Source of the DNA: Cenococcum geophilum
Taxonomy: Eukaryota
Length of the DNA: 64,000 nt
Direction of reading: 5' to 3'
Assembly: GCA_050273025.1 (NCBI GenBank)
Contig: CP158635.1
Span: 4,836,001-4,900,000 of the forward strand
Shown here: positions 54,537 through 64,000 of the stretch, piece after piece
How positions within the stretch are numbered: the stretch's first letter is position 1
Layout: the number at the start of each line of letters is the position of its first letter
The notes under the pieces: generated by a model
The model's database searches: none
What the model was told of the DNA's origin: nothing
The model's input: the letters and a program-made list of their open reading frames with translations, nothing else
Position numbers and translations under genes: made by a program

Positions 54537-55039
54537 CCTAAGCCCCAGCTCTATATAGTACCCTAAAATAGATAGTTAAACTAAGATTGTTAATATAGCA
54601 ATAAATAAGTACCTATACGCCTTTATAAGCTTTACCTAAGATAACTAGGTAGATTGGCTCCCCCTTACTAAGTTTACTATAAATAACTAGGTTAATAAGA
54701 CTATGGAAATCTTACTATTCTTTGCCAACTATAGCTATAACCTATATCTAAGTATTAAACTAGTAGGCCCCTAGCTATTAGCCCTATTTATATATATAAA
54801 GAAGGAGTACCTATAAGCTAATACTATTACTAACCGCTTTAAGCGCATCTTAACCTAGCTTAAAGCCCTAGCTTATATCTCCTAGCGACGCTATAAAGAC
54901 AATACTAATATAAAATAAGATAAGGGTATAATATTTAAAAAGGATAATATAGTTATAGTTAGCCTTAAAAATATAAAGACTAACCAGCCTAAGAGGAAGT
55001 GGGATAATAATTAGGACGGACCCTAGCCCGTCCTAGCTA

Positions 55040-55386
55040 CAGTCGAAACTCTTTAGTACGATATTTAATTACAACGATATACTCTATATTACGATCTACA
55101 CCCCTTAATTAAATTTTTTTTAGTGTAATATTACGATATACTAACTATTTATAATATCGTTAAGTTTTCTCTAACCAAATCGTTATAACCAGTAGAGGTT
55201 TTGTATGGAAGGGGTCCTACTTAGCCCGTAAAGTAGATGCCCTACGCCCTTTTAGGATGCTTAGCCACGCGTCAGCCTTCTTTTTCTTGCTTATTAACCT
55301 AACACGTGACTCCATGTATAACAATACCATTAGTATTACGATACGGTCGGCCGTACGACCCGCATCGTTATAAAGAGTTTTGACTA
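55040..55386. mobile_element. pogo/Tc1-mariner-type MITE, related to the 57060 element
   Basis: TIR cagtcgaaactcttta / taaagagttttgacta with TA on both sides; first ~140 bp closely match 57060-57170. Confidence 0.85.
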
Positions 55387-55941
55387 TACCTATAAAAAAG
55401 CAGTTATAGTTAACCTTCTAAACTATATTTATGTTAATAAGTCTTTCTATACTTTAAAAGTCCGCCTCTAGTTTTCTAAAAAGATCTCTAGTTAAGTATA
55501 TATTAACAAAGAGGAATATTATAATATTATAGATAGGATAGCTAAAAGGGATAATAACGGTAATATTACGGATAAGTAGGAATTTAAAAAGATCCTTAAT
55601 ATATATAATAAATAAATAGACAAGCACGGCTTAATATATTATATTAAGTGGAAGTATTATAATAAGGAAACCTAGAAACCTAAAAAATCCCTAAAAGGGT
55701 GTAAGCGCGCACTACTAAAGTTTTATAAATAATACCCTAAGAAGCTAAGACCCCTAGACTAAGTATAAAATAAGGGAGAGTTACGCTAAAACTATAGCCG
55801 ACCATAAAGATAATTTATAGTGGTTAAGATCTTATAGAACTTTAACCATTGGTTAAAGTTATCTAATTAGTTGGTTTTTGTGCCAAGAAGCGCTATATAG
55901 TAGCGGTGTAAAGTTCTACTAACTTTATTTATTAAACTAAT

Positions 55942-56201
55942 TATAAGGCAGTATTGCCAGGGTATACGGTAGGGAGCAGGCAAGCCGAGCATGAGTCACA
56001 TAGGAAGTCGATGGAAGAGGACGATATGGTAATGAGGGTAGGCAATAGCCTCGTACGGAGACGAACCGATGGGGGAGGAAGGAGGCTGCAAGCCTGAGGA
56101 GCTTATAAGGAGGTGCCAAGCCTAGCCTTCGGCTAGGCCTTGGCTACCCCTTAGAGCTCCTAAGCAATGCAGCCGAGTAAGGGACCAAAAGTACCCTTAC
56201 A
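55942..56201. mobile_element. Solo LTR (260 bp) in the 3' UTR of D
   Basis: tataagg (RIP of TGTAAGG)...ccttaca termini; 5-bp TSD ctaat at 55937-55941 and 56202-56206; GC-richer than its host. Confidence 0.8.
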
Positions 56202-57059
56202 CTAATTAATTAGGATTTTCTACATTTGGTATAGAAAATTGCTATTAGCTTAATTAAGAGCAGTAAGCAGAAGTAATATCTTTATAGTAAAATTAAGTTA
56301 CTTATTTGGTTTAGGGACTAAACCTTTTAGGGAGGGGAGTACTATTACGGCACTAACTTAACGCATACTATTTTATACTATCTTATACTATCTTATACTA
56401 TTTCCTACTATTAGCTAGTCTACTACTAGCGCCTTAGCGGCTGGCCCTACTATTTATATACAATATCCCCTTTCACCTTCTTCTCCTCTTTATACCATAA
56501 CGTAGTTATTTAGTCTACTTTATTACAGTACCGTAACACTAGTTAAGAGGATTAGGAACGATATTGTTTTACTTATTACTATTATTAAAGCGGATCTTAA
56601 TAAGCTTAAGCCCTACGTTGTAGTAGCGGTTAAGCTTATTAGCGAGCTTAATACGCTTTTAATTGCGCTTTAAGGAAGTAAGGCTCTTATCTATAACTAA
56701 GGACTGTATATATTTATTAACTAAATCATTAGATTTATAAGGAATCTTTCTATATTATAGCTTAGCTGGTTCCTTATCTTCCTTATCTACTTACTTATTA
56801 ATATAGTTATTAAATAAAGTCTCTATATATTGCTTAGTGTACTTCTACTATAAGGGCTACCGTTTCTACTTATCGCGAAAGTAGGCGCGTTTAAGAGATA
56901 GATAAAGGATTACTATAGCAAAATAGTAAGGGCTCTTAGCCTTTATTTTATTAAAATATTTATTAATATTTTAGATAGTTATATTAACGCCTAATTTAAG
57001 AAAGGAGTTGTATTTATTTTTAAGGCTCTACTAAATCCGCTAGAGGATTTAATAGAGTA

Positions 57060-58862
57060 CAGTAAAAACTCTTTATATACTCTATATTATAATCTATACC
57101 CCTTAATTAAAAAAATTTTGGTGTAATATTACGATATACTAACTATTAATAATAATATTAAGTTTTCTCTACTAGAATTAGTATAGCTAGTATTTTATAG
57201 AGCTAATCTAGTGTTTCCTCACCGCTAGTTTAGCTATTAATACTTATATATAACGATTAAATTCTATTAAAATAGCCTTTAAATCCTACTCTTTATACTT
57301 AATTTTACCTCTTTAATATGGCAAGAAGCCAAAATCCTAAAAGGCGTTATTACTACGGTATTTCTAACTATAAGCGCTAGAAGATCCGTAGCTACTAACG
57401 CAAGTACCCTAACCTTATACAAAAACACCTTATAATTTAGGCTACCAATACCTTCCGCTATAAGTTTAATTAATCTTTAATATCTAAAATACTTAGCGGT
57501 AAGTTTAGCTACCTAGATTTAATTAGAATCTATTATAGATAAGGTATATATAAGCGTAGAAGAGACGCTAAACAGCCTCTCTTAGAGGAGGCTCTCTTTA
57601 AGTAATACTAACGCCTATAGAACTTACGCATTCCTATTATAAGCGATCTTATTTATGCTATCGCAAGTTAATTATAGAATTGTATACCTATATTAGCAGA
57701 GCTACTAAAGCCTAAGTAGTTAATTGGCTAGTTAGAAAGCTTTAAATTTTATAATGGAATCTATAAGAGAAAGTAGTACGGCAAGGCTACGTCGGTTAAT
57801 ATAGAAGGCGCTAAAGATCGCATAATAGAGCTTTATATAGTTGTCGCGCCTTATCCTTTAAAGGATGTTTATAATATAGATAAGACTAGGCTATTTTAGA
57901 AGGCTATACTAGATACTATACTAACTACTAAGTTATAATTAGGAACCAAGAAGTAAAAGGTAAAACTCTCTTTTACTAACTACTTTAATATAGATAGCTC
58001 TAATAAGATCCCCCTCTAGATTATTAATATATTAATACGGCTATATTACTTTACCTAAGCTTAAATTAATATTAACCTGTTAAATGTATATTAGAGGTAT
58101 AATAAGAAGGCCTAGATAACGACTATAATTATACTTAAGTAGCTTACTTAGTTTAATAAGAGGATGTAGAACAAGAAGGTTCTTCTATTAATTAACGGCT
58201 TTAGCGCTTACTAAGTGGCTGTTTAAACAGCTCTTAAAAACAAATCTTTAAAGAATATAAAAGTTAAGTTCCTTCCTCCTAATTATACATCTGTTTACCA
58301 GCCACTTAATTAAGGGATAATTGTAAACTTTAAAGCTCTCTACTAATAATATTAGCTATAGTTTATAGTAGAACACTTATTAGAGAATCAGGATCCAATT
58401 AAGCAGATACACGTCCTTTAGGCGATTTAATAGGCAATTACTGCTTAGAAAAAGGTAACACTATAGGTAATTAAGAGTTGCTTTATTAAATCTACCTTAT
58501 TTAGTATAAGAGAGGGCCTATAAAGTCGCCCTTATAATTATATTAATCCTCCCGTTCTAAATAAGATATAGTAGAATAGTAGAATAGTTATATATAGTAG
58601 GAAGAGTTCGTAATATCATAAATATTTATAATTTTATTAAGCTTCTAGGTAAGGAGGTAGAGGATTTAACTAAAGATCTTATTAAGCACGTAGTAAAGCT
58701 CTATGTGAGGCCTAATAGAAATGCAGAAATAGATAAGGACGACTTTATATAACCTTAAATTAAGGTTAATAAGGCCTTACAAGCCTTATAAAAGCTTTAT
58801 CTCTATAAGGAATAACAGGAAGACGGTAATAGAGACTTAATTATAGCTCTTATAAGGCACGA
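57060..58862 (+). mobile_element. pogo/Tigger-like (CENP-B HTH + DDE_1) DNA transposon, RIP-degraded, interrupted by B3
   Basis: TA-cagt start; motifs VYNIDKTRLF (VYNMDETGLF), NKKA*IT, KVLLLINGFSAY, FLPPNYTSVYQPLN*GII. Confidence 0.9.
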
Positions 58863-61800
58863 TGTAACGGAACCTTATAGCAAGAACTACGATGGGTTCG
58901 TCAATAGGCTAGGTGTATAGGAAATGCAAGTACAAAAGTCAATAACGTAATAACAACTGGTGGAGTGGTTGCCTAACAGATTAACTCTAATTATATTCTA
59001 AGAATTACTACAAGGAAGGAACTATCTAGGTAGGGACTAAGGGTCCTTAAATACACAACTATACTTCTAAGAAAGTTGTTACTCTATCTACTCTATCTAC
59101 TCTACTTACTCTATAATAGATCTTATAGATTACACAGATTATATAGATCACATTATATGACTCTACTTACTATTCCTTATTATATGGTTTTACGGGTTCT
59201 ATTCTAAACTATACCTATATTAACCAACTAGCTTCTTTTAACTCTTCTCTAAGTAGTTATAATATTATACTTAAAGCATCCGTAATACTATCTCCCTCCT
59301 CTTTATCTTCGTCCTTAAAGATACCTAGTATCTTTAGGTTATTTACTAGAGGTATAATATCCGTCTAATTAATTTAGTTAATATTATTACTCATAATACC
59401 TAAAGCATCCTCTCTTTCTTCTATAGCTCGCCGGTCTTATACCGTTACTATAATATTATCTCTTAGTAAAATAATACCATCTCCGTGTTCTTATTATGCG
59501 AAAGAGGGGTTAGTCTATATTACGTTAATAAGTCCTTTATCTTAATAACCTTCCTCTTACTTAGAGTGCACTAAAGTAAACGTTTAATTATCTTGCGATA
59601 TACGCTCTATTTCTAACACTAAGTGTGCGCGTCCTATAACTCTTAGTAGTCTTTAAGTTCCCTAGGTAATTTATTATAGGGTCTTGTGTTTAATTTAAGG
59701 TAGAAAAACTTAAGGGCGATCTTGCCGCAGCGCTAGCGGAAGCCTATCGTCGTTCTAAAGAATCTACTTATGCCCTTAAGGCTTAGCAGTCTGCCTTTAT
59801 AAAAGTTTAATATCTTTAACATGTTCGTAAGAAGGTCCATTCTAAGAAATAAAAACTTATAGAATAAGGTCTATAGAAACTAGGTAATAAAAAAACGGAT
59901 TCTCCTCTAACAGAGAAGGAAATAGATCTAAGTAGTTCGGCAACTACTCTTCTTAGGTCCCCCTTAGGTAACTTATTCTTTAGCGATCTTTCTTTATTAA
60001 TGCTGCCTGACCTAATCTCCTTTGATACTCCTATACCTTTCCTATAGCGTTCTTTAAATTCTCTAGTAGCTCCTAGGTAGTCTTAGTGTAGCCTATCTAC
60101 TTTACTTTATACTATATTTTATTATTAATATCCTTATAACTAACAACCTTTAAAACTTACTATTTGTCTTCTTCCTACCCTCTATACGTGTCTGCTTTAT
60201 AAACTAGTGGCTTAATATTCCTATATACTAGCTCTAGCATTGCGATATACTATATAGGGTAGATCTTTATTTTAGCTAGTAGGTTTAACTTAAATATAAC
60301 CGGTGAAATCCTCTATATAATTTTAAAAGGTCCTAGTCTAATATAGTCCAATTTCTTACTTAGTCGTTAACTCTTAAAATTTTTGTATAGTAGCTATACT
60401 TTATCTCCCTCCTTAAGATCTAGTCCCTTAGATCTCTTAGTATTATAGTACTTTTTTATTCTCTCTTATACTTTCTTTACTAATTCTATAAGGTCTATAT
60501 AAAGATTTATTAATGTCTTTATTCTCTCTTTAGCTATACTACTCGTTTTCTTTACTTACTATAGTAATAATAATATTCTCGGCTTATATCTATAATTTGC
60601 CTTAAATAGTAATATGCCTATTCCTTCTTAAGGTATTACATTATATACAAACTATATAACTAGTAATAGCGATACTTAATTGTTTTATACATAATTAATA
60701 TAATGCCTTAGATACTGTTCTAGCGTCTAATTTAACCTTTCTATTTAACCGTCTGTCTACGGATAATATGCGGTAGAAGTTGCTACTTAAACTCCTTGCT
60801 CCGCTAAGAATACTTCCTAAAATACTGCTATAAATCTTAGATCTCTATCCGATATAATCTTACTTAGTACTCTATATCTTATAAATACTTCTTTAATATA
60901 GATTCTAGCAATATCTTCCGCTAAGATTTCTTCTATACATGCTATAAAGTATCCCTACTTTATAAGCTTATCTACTATTACTAAGATCGCGTTATAATCT
61001 TATCCGGTAATAGGATCTTTTAATTTTAGCAACTTAATAATAAAGTCCCATAATATAACCTCCTATAGTCTCTCTAGTATTTTAACAGATTATAGCCCTC
61101 TATATAGCTTATGCCTTATTAATTTATTCCTTTAGTAATCTAGATACTCCTTTATAACCTTTCTAGCTATCCTCTAGATTCTATCAATAATGTACTCCTC
61201 CTAAAGTCTTAACACTAAGTTTATAGCTCTATTATGTCCTTAAGTTAGTCCCTTATAGAAGTCCTCTATAAACTACTCTACTATACTTCTTAGAATATAC
61301 TTTACTTCCTAATTTTTATATATATCCGTCTATAGATCTTCTAGCTATACTTCTAGAATTCTTTATACCTAAAAGCTTTCTAGTATCTTATAGACTTTCT
61401 CTAGTTTATTATCTTCTTAAGTTGCTATAATTTTTAGATAATTATACCTAATTAATTTGTCTATATCTTTTCGTAATAAAGCCCCTAATAGCTTTTCCTT
61501 ATTTTATAGTTTAGCTTTACGGCTTAGAGTATCTGCCCACGTATTATCTATACCTTTAGTATACTAAATCTTAAAATAGTATTCCGTAAGCATCTCTACC
61601 CATCTAACCTATCTTTAGTTAAGTTCCTTTATTATTAGAAATCCTATTAAGTTCTTATAATCTATCTTAACTATAAATAGTTTCTCTATACCTTATAAAA
61701 ATACTCTCTATTTCTTTAATACTGTAACTATACCTAATAACTCCTTATTATAGATGTTATAGTTTAACTCTAGTAGTATTATCTTCCAACTATAATATGC

Positions 61801-63134
61801 CACTAGGTGCCATCTATCTTAATGCCTTTATATAAAGTACGCCCCTAGTATATAGTCTAATATATCTATTTCTATAACCGTCTCTAGTCCTAGTTAATAG
61901 ATCTTAAAAACTAGCTCCTAGGTAAACAACTCTTTAACTTTTTTAAAGAGTTTTCTTTACTCCTCCCCCTATACTTATAGTTCTTCTTTCTTTATTAACC
62001 GCGTAAATAGCTTAATATCCTTTAACTACTGCGCTATAAACCTTCTATAGTAATTACAAAATCCTAAGAACAATCTTAACTATATAACGTTCTCTAGTTC
62101 CTACTAATTTACTATAGCCTTAATCTTCTTTAGATCTATACTAAGTTAGCCTAGTTTAATAATAAATCTAATAAAATCGGTCTTCCTAGTAAAGAACTTA
62201 TATTTCTTAATTGCTACTAGTATCTATTCTTCTTATAGTCTCTTTAAAACCTATTTAACGTATTCCCTATATTCTTCCTTAGTTATTAAGTAGATAATAA
62301 TATCGTTAAAATATACTATAACAAATTTATCTAAGTATTCTCCTAATATATTATTAATACGCTTTTAGAATATTGCTAGTGCGTTTATAAGCCCGAATTA
62401 TATAACTAATGGTTTATATAATCCTTCCTTTAACTTAAAGGCTGCCTTCTATTCGTTACCTTCCTTAATCCTAATCTAATAGTACGCCTATCTTAGATCT
62501 ATCTTTATGAAGATTTACACATTACCTATCCTATCTTAGATTTCGCTAATTAAGGGTAAAGGATACCTATCCTTTTTAGTAATACTATTTAACTATCTAT
62601 AGTTAATACACAGCCTTAGTTTACTATTCTTCTTTAGTACGAATAGTACTGGATAACCCGCTAATAACTGCGATAGTCTAATATATCCCTTTTATAGATT
62701 TTCCTAAATAAACTCTTTTAACGCTCTACCCTCTTCTTTAGTAAGCTTATAGATTGGAAAGAACTTTAGACTTATTCCTAGTTCTAACTCTATTTTATAG
62801 TCCTATACTATATATTCTAATAGCTTTTTACTTTCCGGTGACTATAGTTTCTTACTATACTTTTAGTATCTCTTTAGTATATAGCTTAGTCCTTTTTCTA
62901 TTTCTTTATAGGTTGCTCCTACTTAGTACTATACCAACTTAGCTTATTATTATATCTTACGGCATTAAGTATCTCTAATATTAACCTAACCTATAATCCA
63001 ATTAATCCTTAAATTATATTCCTATAACCAAGGTATACCTAATACTGCCTCGTCCCGTCCTAATAGTAGGATATTAAAAGACATCTTAATTTATCTTTCT
63101 TTAATAGTTATCTAAATAGGTCCTGTTTTAAGAT
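58863..63134 (-). mobile_element. Gypsy family B copy B3 (3' LTR 58863-59287 and pol), interrupted by a Copia element
   Basis: LTR matches B1/B2 LTRs; 59288-63134 is colinear with B1 10602-14470. Confidence 0.93.
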
Positions 63135-64000
63135 TGTTGGACTTATAAGGGGATATTACGTAGCTACGGTTCGTAGATAGTATGATGATTATTGTTCTTA
63201 TATTCTTGAAGAAAGGGGTAAGGAACTTAAGGTTCCTCACCACGCTAGTGCCGCGGCGGCACGTGATGGCAACTTGCTATACGTGACGGCAATATGCCTT
63301 ATATGGTGACCATTTGCCTTTATTCCCAACACTAGCAACTCTTCTTTTATGGTTGCCATCTATATATATATACCGCTTAACTAGCGGAACAAAAATTAAT
63401 CCTCTTTACTTACTATTGCCATTATAATATAAGTCTCGCTGTCCTAAAATTTGCCTCTTAACACGTGGTGCTTTCTTGCTTATAAGTTATAGGTAGGTAT
63501 CTTATCAGTAGGGCCGCCAAGGCGCTAGCGGTAAGCGAGCCAATAGCGATTTTCTATCCTAGGGATGGAAAATCCTAATTAGCTAGTTTGAGTTAGGGTC
63601 TGCAGAATCTAACTAATTAGATAACTTCGACCGCCGGTCGAAGTTCCTGGACATCTTAAGACCTCACGTGACTAAGAAATTTCTAGGGACTCCCTTTTAA
63701 CCCAACCTTTAACTTATATATGTAGAGTATTTATGTTAACAAACGTCTCTAGTGCCTTATTTGGGTTCGCCTTCGTTATTACATCTACTAGGTTATCTTA
63801 GCCATTAATCCATTAAATCTTAAAGAGTTTTTAATGCTTGTAGGATTGCTGAAGTGCTATAATATCAATTATAAGGCGCTTCTCCTTCGTGGTACCGAGC
63901 TTAACTAAATACTTATAGAGGGAAAATAAATCGGTGTATACGATTGTAGGGATAACGGGAAGTTTAAGTCGATCTATAATTATCTTTAGGGTAGTTCCAA
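63135..64000 (-). mobile_element. Copia/Ty1 LTR retrotransposon 'E', 3' end (3' LTR 63135-63331, RNase H end)
   Basis: TGTTGG...CCAACA LTR; minus-strand translation IPTIVYTDLFSLYKYLVKLGTTKEKRLIIDIIALQQSY...WING*DNLVDVITK, the fungal Copia RNase H signature. Confidence 0.9.

Larger units (their letters stand above)
41038..56538 (+). mobile_element. Full-length Gypsy chromovirus-type LTR retrotransposon 'D', RIP-degraded; LTRs 41038-41233 and 56343-56538
   Basis: 196-bp direct repeats; TSD ctagt; PPT ggaggggagtac before 56343; RT relic YLNN (YLDD) at 44921; RNase H; integrase split by B2; chromodomain relic ~55570-55770. Confidence 0.93.
39874..57059 (+). mobile_element. Second hAT-like element relic (pieces 39874-40561, 40981-41037, 56544-57059), host of later insertions
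   Basis: Starts cagtgtgtcc with clustered cagtcagc/gctgactg subterminal repeats; weak hAT-like peptide (ITLISNNPFSLVKG) near 40480; continuity inferred from the TSDs of the inserted elements. Confidence 0.4.

Noticed and set aside
63604..63660. Shared module as a hammerhead ribozyme or Helitron 3' end
   Set aside because: No correctly placed CUGAnGA/GAAA core even allowing for RIP, and conservation continues past the hairpin rather than ending at a CTRR terminus; not excluded without a covariance search.

Overview
Filamentous ascomycete DNA (probably a Pezizomycotina species with strong RIP; inferred from gene and intron style) with two-compartment structure. A ~13 kb GC-balanced gene island (~24.2-37.5 kb) holds a Yap1/AP-1 bZIP regulator (-), an SPF30-like Tudor splicing factor (+), the PAN2 deadenylase (+) and a deleted/frameshifted NACHT (NLR-like) relic. 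It lies between two AT-rich, RIP-mutated nests of transposons. Left nest: a gag-like LTR relic, a Tad1-like LINE, Gypsy C and Gypsy A. Gypsy A itself carries a CACTA-like non-autonomous element, a MULE with a solo LTR, and a full Gypsy B copy in its 3' LTR. Right nest: two hAT-like elements, a hAT MITE, Gypsy D (carrying Gypsy B2, a pogo MITE and a solo LTR) and a pogo element interrupted by Gypsy B3, which is interrupted by a Copia. Many junctions are resolved to the base by target-site duplications. The most notable observations are: (1) a palindromic, CCAAT-like cis-module shared in sense orientation by the 3' UTRs of two different Gypsy families and a Copia element; (2) a frame-conserved third ORF with a hypervariable segment downstream of pol in all three Gypsy B copies; (3) small repeated stem-loop modules upstream of PAN2. 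All calls are by eye; no searches were run.
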